The notes beneath the pieces are model-generated. The model had not been told where the DNA came from, made no database searches, and saw only the letters and a program-made list of their open reading frames with translations. The position numbers and the translations under genes are program-made. From the IMG/VR virus record IMGVR_UViG_3300042516_003202: a stretch of 64,000 nt of DNA. The stretch is one strand, 5' to 3'. Origin of the DNA: a virus. Shown in pieces: positions 38,601 through 46,396 of this stretch (positions are counted from its first letter, which is position 1; each line of letters opens with the position of its first letter).

Positions 38601-41600
38601 TTGATTACCTTGTGTTGCCTGAACACCTTGAGTTCCCTGAAGACCTTGATTACCTTGGAATCCTTGTGTTCCTTGAATACCCTGTCTTCCTTGAGAACCT
38701 TGTGTACCTTGAGTACCTTGAGTTCCTTGAGTTCCTTGAGTACCTTGTGTGCCTTGAGTTCCTTGTGTTGCTTGAACACCTTGATTTCCTTGAGTACCTT
38801 GGAAATTACTTATAGGACCTTGAACACCTTGAATACCTTGAACACCTTGAGTACCTTGGAAATTACTTAGAGATCCTTGAAGTCCTTGATGACCCTGATT
38901 ACCTTGAGCACCTTGGACTCCCTGATTACCTTGAGTCCCTTGGAAATTACTTATAGGACCTTGAACACCTTGAGTACCCTGAACACCTTGAGTACCTTGA
39001 GTTCCTTGAACACCTTGATTACCTTGAGTCCCTTGGAAATTACTTATAGGACCTTGAACACCTTGAGTACCCTGAACACCTTGATTTCCTTGAATTCCTT
39101 GATTGCCTTGTGTTCCTTGGGTTCCTTGGAAATTACTTATTGTTCCTTGAACACCTTGATCACCCTGAACACCTTGGAAACCTTGTGATCCCTGGTGTCC
39201 AACACCTTGAACACCTTGAGATCCTTGCGTTCCTTGGAATCCTTGTGTTCCTTGAACACCTTGATTACTTAAACCCTGAACACCTTGTGTTCCTTGGGAT
39301 CCTTGGAATCCCTGTGTTCCCTGAATGCCTTGATTTCCTTGAGTTCCCTGAACACCCTGAACACCTTGATCACCTTGAAGACCTTGAACACCCTGGTTAC
39401 TTAAACCTTGGACACCTTGAGTTCCTTGAGTTCCTTGATTTCCTTGTACTCCAGTTCCCTGCAATCCCTGCAATCCTTGGAATCCTTGTGTTCCTTGAAT
39501 ACCCTGTCTTCCTTGCGAACCTTGTGTACCTTGAGTTCCTTGAGTTCCTTGAGTTCCTTGTGTTCCTTGAATACCTTGTGTTCCTTGAATACCTTGAACA
39601 CCCTGATTACCAGTTCTAGAAAATGTAAAACCAATTATTTCATTATTTGTTGGTGCTAGTCCACTAACCAACTCAACTGAAACAGTAGCAAAATTAATAC
39701 CTGAACTAACTGATAAAACTCTTAAAATTATTGTTCTTTGAACTAATGAAATAGCAGTAGAAGTTTGAAGTATGAGATACCCCTTAAAAGTATCAGAAGA
39801 ATCATCCCAAGTATCGTACCAATCAGAATTGTCATTTCCAAAAATATCTTCATTATCTATCCATAAAGTGGATAATCCTTCACTTAATGGATTCGCATTA
39901 AATCTAAATTTTCCGGTATTTAAAGTAGTTGAAGTAGGAGTGGATGTTAAAGAATCGTATTGATAAGATACTCCTCCACGACTACCAGTTAGACCTTGAA
40001 TACCTTGATTACCTTGGACTCCCTGATTACCTTGGGTTCCTTGGACTCCCTGTCTACCCTGCGTTCCTTGAGTTCCTTGTGTTGCTTGAACACCTTGATT
40101 ACCTTGAGTTCCTTGGAATCCTTGTGTTCCTTGCCTACCTTGAGTACCTTGTGTTGCTTGAACACCTTGATTACCTTGAGTTCCTTGGAATCCTTGTGTT
40201 CCTTGTCTACCCTGTGCCCCTTGAGAACCTTGGAATCCCTGAGATCCTCTAACTCCTTGGAAATTACTTATAGGACCTTGAGTACCTTGGACTCCCTGAT
40301 TACCTTGTGTACCTTGAGTTCCTTGAGTACCTTGAGTTCCTTGAGTTCCTTGAGTTCCTTGAGTTCCTTGAGTTCCTTGAACACCCTGATTACCTTGAGT
40401 TCCTTGGAAATTACTTAGAGATCCCTGAAGACCTTGAAACCCTTGAGTACCTTGTCTTCCTTGAGATCCTTGTGATCCTTGTGATCCTTGTGATCCTTGA
40501 GCACCTTGATTACTTAATCCCTGAACACCTTGGGATCCTTGGGATCCTTGGGATCCTTGAGTTCCTTGGAAATTGCTTAGAGATCCCTGAAGACCTTGAG
40601 AGCCTTGAGAACCTTGAGTTCCCTGCGATCCTTGTGATCCTTGAATACCTTGTCTTCCTTGTGAACCTTGAACACCTTGATTACTTAATCCTTGAACACC
40701 TTGAGTTCCTTGAGTTCCTTGATTACCTTGAGTTCCTTGGAAATTACTTAGAGATCCTTGAAGTCCTTGATTACCTTGTGTTGCCTGGACACCTTGGGTT
40801 CCTTGAATACCTTGCCTTCCTTGTGAACCTTGAACACCTTGATTGCCTTGAACACCTTGTCTTCCTTGTATTCCTTGAGTTCCTTGAATAGACTCTCCTT
40901 GAAGTCCTTGTGTACCTTGAAAATTACTTATTGGGCCTTGAACACCCTGCAAACCCTGAGCACCTTGAAATCCTGGTATTCCCTGAACACCCTGTCTTCC
41001 TTGGATACCTTGTCTTCCTTGAGTTCCTTGGAAATTACTTATAGGACCTTGTGTACCTTGAAAATTACTTAATGTTCCTTGAATACCTTGATTACTTAAT
41101 CCCTGAGAACCTTGAGATCCTTGAGAACCTTGATTTCCCTGCGTTCCTTGCGTTCCTTGCGTTCCTTGAAATCCTACAGTACCTTGAGCACCTTGACCAA
41201 CATAAAGTCCCGATAGACCTTGATTTCCTTGAGTTCCTTGGAAATTACTTATAGATCCTTGAATGCCTTGTCTACCTTGAGTTCCTTGAGATCCTTGAGA
41301 TCCTTGAGATCCTTGAAGTCCTTGAATGCCTATAGAACCTTGTGTACCCTGATTTCCTTGAATTCCTATAGATCCTTGAGTTCCTTGAAATCCAATTTGC
41401 CCCTGAAGTCCTTGATTTCCCTGAGTTCCTTGGAAATTACTTATAGGACCTTGAGTTCCTTGGAAATTACTTATTTGTCCTTGGAGACCCTGAGTTCCTT
41501 GAGTAGAACCTATATAGGGCAATCCTGCCCAAGGAGTAGTGCCATTGCCAATTTTTAATCTACTAGTATCAACTTCAAGACCAACTTCACCTTCTAATAA

Positions 41601-41801
41601 AACTGGATTTTCGGCATTCCACTCAGATTGATTAGCATATTTTAATATAATATGCCCACCACTAAGTATACCATTTGAGATAGAAATTCCCGAACCTACC
41701 CCACCACCACCTAATTGGCCAGTAACTATTAAATTTTCAACCTCAAGATCTGTTATATCTTCAGGTGGTCTATCTGCGTAGTAAATTTTAATTTTTGTCA
41801 T
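32655..41801 (-). CDS. giant tail fibre: MTD-N-like domain, two Gly-X-Gln tracts, beta-helix-like entry domain, conserved C-terminus
   Basis: 3048 aa; EWNAENPVLLEGEVGLEVDTSRLKIGNGTTPWAGLPY; YVSMNGNDDNTG...PKKTIKSA; internally repeated helical blocks. Confidence 0.85.
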   Translation of the reverse strand: MTKIKIYYADRPPEDITDLEVENLIVTGQLGGGGVGSGISISNGILSGGHIILKYANQSEWNAENPVLLEGEVGLEVDTSRLKIGNGTTPWAGLPYIGSTQGTQGLQGQISNFQGTQGPISNFQGTQGNQGLQGQIGFQGTQGSIGIQGNQGTQGSIGIQGLQGSQGSQGSQGTQGRQGIQGSISNFQGTQGNQGLSGLYVGQGAQGTVGFQGTQGTQGTQGNQGSQGSQGSQGLSNQGIQGTLSNFQGTQGPISNFQGTQGRQGIQGRQGVQGIPGFQGAQGLQGVQGPISNFQGTQGLQGESIQGTQGIQGRQGVQGNQGVQGSQGRQGIQGTQGVQATQGNQGLQGSLSNFQGTQGNQGTQGTQGVQGLSNQGVQGSQGRQGIQGSQGSQGTQGSQGSQGLQGSLSNFQGTQGSQGSQGSQGVQGLSNQGAQGSQGSQGSQGSQGRQGTQGFQGLQGSLSNFQGTQGNQGVQGTQGTQGTQGTQGTQGTQGTQGTQGNQGVQGTQGPISNFQGVRGSQGFQGSQGAQGRQGTQGFQGTQGNQGVQATQGTQGRQGTQGFQGTQGNQGVQATQGTQGTQGRQGVQGTQGNQGVQGNQGIQGLTGSRGGVSYQYDSLTSTPTSTTLNTGKFRFNANPLSEGLSTLWIDNEDIFGNDNSDWYDTWDDSSDTFKGYLILQTSTAISLVQRTIILRVLSVSSGINFATVSVELVSGLAPTNNEIIGFTFSRTGNQGVQGIQGTQGIQGTQGTQGTQGTQGTQGSQGRQGIQGTQGFQGLQGLQGTGVQGNQGTQGTQGVQGLSNQGVQGLQGDQGVQGVQGTQGNQGIQGTQGFQGSQGTQGVQGLSNQGVQGTQGFQGTQGSQGVQGVGHQGSQGFQGVQGDQGVQGTISNFQGTQGTQGNQGIQGNQGVQGTQGVQGPISNFQGTQGNQGVQGTQGTQGVQGTQGVQGPISNFQGTQGNQGVQGAQGNQGHQGLQGSLSNFQGTQGVQGIQGVQGPISNFQGTQGNQGVQATQGTQGTQGTQGTQGTQGTQGTQGSQGRQGIQGTQGFQGNQGLQGTQGVQATQGNQGLQGSLSNFQGTQGNQGTQGTQGTQGFQGLQGLQGLQGQISNFQGTQGLQGDQGVQGVQATQGTQATQGTQGTQGAQGTQGAQGRQGIQGPISNFQGTQGNQGVQATQGTQGSQGKQGIQGTQGFQGLQGLQGTGTQGVQGNQGIQGTQGFQGLQGTGVQGTQGTQGTQGTRGLQGSQGTQGTQGVQASQGVQGMQGIQGSSVSIELKDTEDNFVSYIGFSTEKSGSISTVFVSSEKLVFNPSSGSIGIGTSAITNTLTVVGTATATNYYGNGETLVGIVTQIVPGIGIDIFESQIPGKGKVKIQSYKPVGRTIYVSMNGNDDNTGLAENYPKKTIKSAASVAVFGDTIKVFPGTYIEDNPIILAKTVSVEGTELRNCVITPKNLNQDMFHVNNGCHITDASFIGPAMKNGAAVVALQPLLGVATDRFFDAARMIRFNLRYIAKESVGFLTSGFSGFAGSHREQDAARLIDKNLNYISAEAVGFLTSPSGYNFTLGISSYTNCKEDVVSIMQAISYDLKANSNRKSIGAGYSYFNSSGGLIHITGVGVSEATIAALDYAAGIATHVINNTTPPISYQGIGNSVSQVKDLSVIQVNGGCVGVGTTIKQLVGIVTNMIGAGTTSNAPAVRYGVNLESNDCADDVSDIWKCIIHDITRGGNSRSIDAGKAYYNNDWSLKSGILKNPEEVKQTIATLDYSFNVARAVINNCSWGGYPVGLGTTVVNAVYDANTGITTVTAINHGLSTKDPVKVQGLTYSCTPGSSGFPVGVVTASYDRLTGISTIETSTALKITSGDRVKLQNLVFECNSGGGPSTAIYPSGNYGYEFTVQDILDTKTFVVNVGKSTLDHIYQYGGEVSKLYTPIFGISTASYDRTTGIATVTAVGLGTTAGAHLYIEPGKKIKLENLVWECDSGGGPSTAYYPSGNLGYEFTIIATADNRYIDAANLIQKNRTEIIDKSLAAIAISHPDFYYPNDVQTTRFSRFKDSYRLIQQNRTEIVNSAWSATVAQYPGISGTQTKCKRDLGYFIDAVSTDIFTGGNSYSIAFVRQYFNNGAPISNGLVGEETESVYAFNQARNLMKQAITNQLTTKDLTLTADPVTGSNTSSSSCANVQSALDTLTSLITTVVSAGSLTSLNTIRNNPGIFVSGENKCRRDIGYIVDALVKDVKYGTNKHIREATRAYFNKNGAPISNGLVGEETQSVTAFNAVRDYAKKAITNQLNVKDLTISADPATGSNTSENSCADVKTNIDNLISILTTVISAGNLGSYPALYVSNKVKVNVGTSTLDHRYMYGGTLTSNYTTTTFPDGTFNYIFPVKSVVGPNTFEFVGGKTVLPHTYVSGGTVQKYTNFQNEFTQIKDLAMQVDPATGFNNVINSCADVTSAMKVCVGIVTSIIGIGSTAFSYVGFNTTYPGNRGKGFDSIVGVTSALYEETSGKTTIKAPGLLVKVGDLIEVRNLKFSCSSGGPVSTQLFPSGYYGYEFYVTKINSDDSFDVYTGISTIPHSYVSGGYVVNRSLEVTEAKYDNNTGIVTITAPGISVRTGDIVTLRDLEFACSSGAATTTLFPSGNNGYAFEVLSTTNERNTFTVNVGKTGIGHTYVVGGIVIPPYSKGVGPITQGPYVRNCTNFIGDSIGMKVDGFAAEPGDKEDIGVTGTMSVDSYTQYNQNGIGVSITNGAYTQLVSIFTICDDIGIFTKSGGQCDITNSNCSFGNYGLVSDGVGDYTSKSIYRYTGETVGTAEIETDTVTISGLGTQRPYDGQAIYFGELYYQVNAIKVTNGGNGYNPTNPPNVTIGFPEGPSGIRAEASANVDENGVITSIDVISNGSQYLNSPSVTITDFPGGSGVNATAEAVLYPLYYTITTATLPVNGTSTLVLTQNLNNTVGAGTTVYFSRLSLQIATSISLEWVGSGTNINTAKPALGGVTIQANEVDKRNGGQVVYTSTNQAGNFQIGDGVVINQLTGTITGRSFSQSLLNTVTPLIIALS
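38000..39615 (-). repeat. Gly-X-Gln collagen-like tract 2
   Basis: QGTQGVQG runs punctuated by ISNFQG and LSNQG. Confidence 0.9.
39985..41510 (-). repeat. Gly-X-Gln collagen-like tract 1
   Basis: Same repeat grammar; separated from tract 2 by a ~120-aa globular spacer. Confidence 0.9.
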
Positions 41802-41804
41802 TTT

Positions 41805-42692
41805 TTATGACCTGTTGTCGTAGTCCCAACCAGCAATTGAATATTCCGAATTGTCACCTGGATAATCTTTAGGAGTGTTTCCTTCATATTCAACAATTAA
41901 TTTTTCACCTAAACGATCAGCCCAGATTTGATAAAAACAATCTATAGATGTCCCATTTCCAGATTTAACAACTATTTGTTTACCCCATTGTATTTTTTCA
42001 ACAAATAAATCTTGACTATGCCCAATTTGTGTTAAATTTACACTAATAGTTTCTAAATCAACAAGACCATCCCAATAATCTGGAAGTTCAATAATATTAC
42101 TATTTACCAATCTTCCGCGAACATAAACTGCAGATTCTGGTCCTTCTACACAAATATGTCGTAAACGATGATTAGGTTTATTTGGGTGAGGAATATCAAA
42201 TCCTTTTTTGGAATTCACTACTGTTTGTAGGTTTCCTAGACCATCAACCATAACGACTCCTTTCAATCTAGTAACTGCACTATCAACAATTGTTACTGGA
42301 GAAACAATTTTATTGGCAGTTCCTGCGGTAAAAGTATTTTTACCTCCACTATTAATTGAAAGAGTTGCACCTTTAAAAGAAGTTACTGGTGAAGTGCAAA
42401 AAAATCCACTTCCTTTAATTTTACAATAACCATTAACAACTAATCCTCCAGTTTGAGTATGTAATCCTTTAAAGTTAGTAAATCCTTTACTTTCTATGGT
42501 AACAGGATTTGTTATATTAGGACCAACTGTTAATGCTGCTCCATCTATTCCAGATGCTGATCCAATGTAACATTCGTATATATTTGCTACTCCGCTTTTA
42601 AAAAAATTCGTTGGAATGTTTACGGCAGCACCGAATGTTCCACTCAAACATTCCAACATACCAAAAGCGTTACTATCTGCGTAATGTGTCAT
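41805..42692 (-). CDS. virion structural protein
   Basis: KGFDIPHPNKPNHRLRHICVEGPESAVYVRG motif typical of cyanophage structural proteins. Confidence 0.7.
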   Translation of the reverse strand: MTHYADSNAFGMLECLSGTFGAAVNIPTNFFKSGVANIYECYIGSASGIDGAALTVGPNITNPVTIESKGFTNFKGLHTQTGGLVVNGYCKIKGSGFFCTSPVTSFKGATLSINSGGKNTFTAGTANKIVSPVTIVDSAVTRLKGVVMVDGLGNLQTVVNSKKGFDIPHPNKPNHRLRHICVEGPESAVYVRGRLVNSNIIELPDYWDGLVDLETISVNLTQIGHSQDLFVEKIQWGKQIVVKSGNGTSIDCFYQIWADRLGEKLIVEYEGNTPKDYPGDNSEYSIAGWDYDNRS

Positions 42693-43288
42693 AATGGAGC
42701 TCCAGTTTTACCACAAGATTTTGTTAATCCTTCAATTAAATTTCCCCAATTTCCTGCAAGAAGATTCTTTATAGTAGATAATGCACTAACAGGACCAAAA
42801 TATTTTATATCACCAGACATATTAATAAAATTTCCACTGATTACATTTACACCAGAAGTTCCGTTAATACATATTCTTGACCCAGCAAGTCTAACTTCTT
42901 CGGATGATGCAAAAATAATATGCCCGTTTGATCCTACTAAAAAATTTCCTTCACCTTTTTCACCCATAGATTCAATGTGTATATTTTTTGCTTTTAATGA
43001 TATAGTTCCTCTCTCTGCAGATATAATAATATCCCCATTCTTTGCTACAATTGATCTTGCAATTGCTTCTTTTTCATCGGGAGGTATACTGTGCCCACTA
43101 ACCTCATGATATGTTCCCTGAATATGTTCTACTTTATTTCCATTACTACCATAAACGACATGGTTATTTGCCGAAGTTATGATTGTAAGATCTCTTCCAT
43201 CATCAGTAGATTCTGGGCCAATTGGTCCAGCATGAATAAAACAATATGGATTGTTTGATATTGTAATGTCTGGTGCTCTATCTGCCAT
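42689..43288 (-). CDS. baseplate spike/gp5 C-terminal-like protein
   Basis: Beta-strand repeats (GDIIISAERGTISLKAKNIHIES); follows gp5-like genes. Confidence 0.45.
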   Translation of the reverse strand: MADRAPDITISNNPYCFIHAGPIGPESTDDGRDLTIITSANNHVVYGSNGNKVEHIQGTYHEVSGHSIPPDEKEAIARSIVAKNGDIIISAERGTISLKAKNIHIESMGEKGEGNFLVGSNGHIIFASSEEVRLAGSRICINGTSGVNVISGNFINMSGDIKYFGPVSALSTIKNLLAGNWGNLIEGLTKSCGKTGAPL

Positions 43289-45837
43289 TATCTAAGTACA
43301 CAATCTATAACTTTAATTAATTTATCTGAAGTTATGGCATCAATTTGTCCTTGACCAACTAATTCATCAACTGGTGTAAATTTAAGAACAGATCTAAATT
43401 TTGCCCCAACTCCTGTTCTACTATTTATCCTAATCACAGGAAGAACTAAAAATCCAACTCCTGGATTTACAATTTCAATTCCAACAATTTGACCTGTAGG
43501 TGTTAATTGTAAATTAAATTCTGCACCATTATTACCACCTTCTATTTCAACAGTATCATTTGGACTATAACCACTGCCAGTATTCAAAATCTTAATATCT
43601 TTAATTTGAGATACTGTGTTTTTATATGGAATAGGTAAGTTAACTGTTGTTGAAATTGGAGGTGTAGTTCCCCCACCAGGAATACGTGTTCCGGGATCAG
43701 AAGGATCAGAAGAAGGTGTACCATTTACTGAAGTATTATATTTGCCACCATTGATAAATCCAGGTGTGTTGTTGTTAGCATTAAAATTTCCTTGACCATT
43801 TTTAGTTACACCACCCGAAGATCCAGATCCTACTAAAGTATTGGAATTTATTAAATTATTGGGTAAAGATGTGTTTCCAGTTCCAACATTACCTATCGTT
43901 GTTCTTCCTGTACCAATCGGAGGAACAAAAAGTTGACTTGTAGATCCTATTCCAGCGATACTTGACAATGGAGGTAAAACTTCTATAGTTACACTACTAG
44001 TAACAGTATTATTTCCTATAGGTGCATTTTTATTAGTTGCAGTTAAAGTATAAGTGAAAAATGTACTAACACCGGAAAGATTTAAATTTTGAGGAACAAC
44101 TAAAGATGCAGATCCATCTTCGGGGACATTATTATATCCAACAATATTCAACCCAACTTGATTAGCATCGGTAGTTTCCCATTCAAATTTATACACCTCT
44201 CCCTGATATAATTTTGTTGGTTTGACTGTAAATTTATCAATGGAAGGTTTATTGGAATTTGTTTGAGTAGGAGAGGTTGTTGCACTATTATTTAAATCTA
44301 CTATTTCAACTTCCAAGTCTTGATATATCTCTATTGGAGCAGAATTTGCAATATTTTTTGTAGCTTTAAGTGTATATTTTTTCTTAGTTTTTTTACTTCC
44401 TGCAGGAAATAAAATATTTGAAGAATTAATGGATAAATTTGCTTTAGAAGAAATTGGAAGTTTATTGTATCCAGGTTCTTTTAAAATTGTAACATAATCG
44501 GCATTTTCAACTTCCCATGATAATGTCAATACATTGTTTATCTGAACTGGACTTGGAGATCCAGTAAAACTTTTTATAATTGGCGGTATAATACCAGAAG
44601 TTATATTATCAGTATATCCAATTCCAGGATTTATAATTATTATGTCTTTAACTTTTAAGTTTCCATTTTCATCTTCTTCCATTTCTGCATAAGCATGAGC
44701 ATTTTTCCCACAATTTCCAGGATCAGCAATAGTAACAAAAGGAGTTGACTTATAACCTTTTCCATTGGATAAAAGATTTGCGCCTATAACTTGTCCTATC
44801 TCATTAACAACTGCATTTGCAACTGCTCCAGATCCACCACCACCAAAAATGGATACTTGAGGCAAACCACACTGGAAAGTTCCGCTATAACATCCCCCAG
44901 GAGAAACATATGAACCATCAGAGGGTCCAAAGAAATCATTCATCCATCCCGTAATTGTTTTATCTACAGATCCAGATAAATCAAAGTTTGCAAAATTATC
45001 AAATCCAGGACTTTTTAAACCGCCATCAAGAGATGCTGTAAATTCTTTTATTTCTGGACAATTTGGTCTGTCGCATAAAAATCCCTCAAATCCTAAAATA
45101 AAATCTATAGCTTCAAAAACAGAACCTGCAACTTTAGTAATTCCACCGAGAATATCATTTATTTGAGCAAATATTGGTTCTAATGCTTTATCTAAATCAT
45201 TGGCTAATTTATTTAATAAAGCATTTAAAAAGTTTTCTGCTGCACATAAAGGAGTATTAATAACTTGCCCAACTAATGAGTATAAAAATTCGGCAACCAT
45301 TTTGGCAAGACCGGCAATAATGTCTTCAAATTTGCAAAAAATTTGATCAATAACTTCTTTTAACAAACCACTTTTAATTTGCTTCATAAGTGGTGGTAAA
45401 ACAGAATTCAGTAAATCTTCTATACCTCTTCTTATTTTATTTAAAATCCATTCGCGTATTCTTTGAATAAACGTTCTTAATCCTGCAGATATTGCTGATA
45501 TAGTTTCTTTTATTTCTCCTTGTAAATTTTGAATAAAATTTAACGCTCCATTTACGTACTTATCATAATACTTTTGTACGCTTTTCAGAACAGCAAAAAA
45601 CTTTTTAAGAGCTCTCCATATACCTCCCATCTTATCATCACCACAAGGATCTGCTTTTCCTATTGGAACAGCGCACATTTCCTCAAAAGTTTTTCCAGCA
45701 ACAGTTCTAGCAACATAAATTCTATTATTTGCTAAAGTTTCTTGGGGTATTTTTGCACCACTACCATCTATTTTAATATCTTTCCAAGATTGACCTAAAT
45801 CATCATTACAGGCGTCAGATACATTAGTTGTTGCCAT
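43288..45837 (-). CDS. baseplate hub (cyanophage gp5-associated) protein with Ig-like inserts
   Basis: 849 aa; CAAENF...LC, GGGGSGAVANAV...GKGY..TP, final KVIDCV; two SFT...LSWE...YTL.AT domains. Confidence 0.6.
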   Translation of the reverse strand: MATTNVSDACNDDLGQSWKDIKIDGSGAKIPQETLANNRIYVARTVAGKTFEEMCAVPIGKADPCGDDKMGGIWRALKKFFAVLKSVQKYYDKYVNGALNFIQNLQGEIKETISAISAGLRTFIQRIREWILNKIRRGIEDLLNSVLPPLMKQIKSGLLKEVIDQIFCKFEDIIAGLAKMVAEFLYSLVGQVINTPLCAAENFLNALLNKLANDLDKALEPIFAQINDILGGITKVAGSVFEAIDFILGFEGFLCDRPNCPEIKEFTASLDGGLKSPGFDNFANFDLSGSVDKTITGWMNDFFGPSDGSYVSPGGCYSGTFQCGLPQVSIFGGGGSGAVANAVVNEIGQVIGANLLSNGKGYKSTPFVTIADPGNCGKNAHAYAEMEEDENGNLKVKDIIIINPGIGYTDNITSGIIPPIIKSFTGSPSPVQINNVLTLSWEVENADYVTILKEPGYNKLPISSKANLSINSSNILFPAGSKKTKKKYTLKATKNIANSAPIEIYQDLEVEIVDLNNSATTSPTQTNSNKPSIDKFTVKPTKLYQGEVYKFEWETTDANQVGLNIVGYNNVPEDGSASLVVPQNLNLSGVSTFFTYTLTATNKNAPIGNNTVTSSVTIEVLPPLSSIAGIGSTSQLFVPPIGTGRTTIGNVGTGNTSLPNNLINSNTLVGSGSSGGVTKNGQGNFNANNNTPGFINGGKYNTSVNGTPSSDPSDPGTRIPGGGTTPPISTTVNLPIPYKNTVSQIKDIKILNTGSGYSPNDTVEIEGGNNGAEFNLQLTPTGQIVGIEIVNPGVGFLVLPVIRINSRTGVGAKFRSVLKFTPVDELVGQGQIDAITSDKLIKVIDCVLR

Positions 45838-45843
45838 ATTTTT

Positions 45844-46344
45844 TTACTTTTCCTTTATTCCAAACTCTTTTTTTGTTGGTAATGTCGGTTTTGAGGATGA
45901 GGATCCTTTAGATAAAACATGATAAACTTGCGGTGTTACTGTTTTGTACCAGTTCAGTGTCCTTTTAAATTCAGAGCTTTTTTTAGATTCAACTTCTTTT
46001 CCAGTTATTTCATATGAAGGATCATTTCTGCCAAGGACTCCTAAAATCATGGGTCTTTTTGGAGGGTTTTCATCATCCAAAAATATGCCAAATACCCACT
46101 CTCCACCAGTGATTGCAACTGTTGTTTTATTTAGAGAACCGTGCGTTGATGGTCTTGCAATAATTGCCCATCTCAAATCATCATCAGCGCATAAACTTCC
46201 TTCTGCCGGATCATACCCAGTAATGCGAACTTTAACCCTATCTCCCCATCCGTTTGCATCTTCTTTATTAACAGTTTGCCCAAGTGCAACTTGTCCTAAA
46301 AACCAACGAGGAGGATTTTTTCCAAAAAAACCTGGATTAAACAT
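45844..46344 (-). CDS. gp5: gp5 N-terminal OB-fold (baseplate hub) domain protein
   Basis: WFLGQV...GDRVKVRITGY...LRWA...GEWVFGIFLD...PMILG. Confidence 0.75.
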   Translation of the reverse strand: MFNPGFFGKNPPRWFLGQVALGQTVNKEDANGWGDRVKVRITGYDPAEGSLCADDDLRWAIIARPSTHGSLNKTTVAITGGEWVFGIFLDDENPPKRPMILGVLGRNDPSYEITGKEVESKKSSEFKRTLNWYKTVTPQVYHVLSKGSSSSKPTLPTKKEFGIKEK

Positions 46345-46396
46345 TTAATTGAATATGCCTAATTATGTCTTAATGTATATAGTTGAGGATATACAT

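Noticed and set aside
30837-41558. Many long plus-strand and alternative-frame ORFs (LEHLEFLE..., SLSSLNTL...)
   Set aside because: Shadow frames of the 9-nt Gly-X-Gln repeat, which lacks stops in other frames; no RBS or promoter support
41530-41650. MTD N-terminal-like domain suggesting a diversity-generating retroelement
   Set aside because: No reverse transcriptase and no template/variable repeat pair with A-specific mismatches was seen in the window; this domain is a common fibre module
41801-43288. Similar N-termini (YADRPPED, MADRAPD, HYADS) in three adjacent structural genes
   Set aside because: Too short to distinguish from chance
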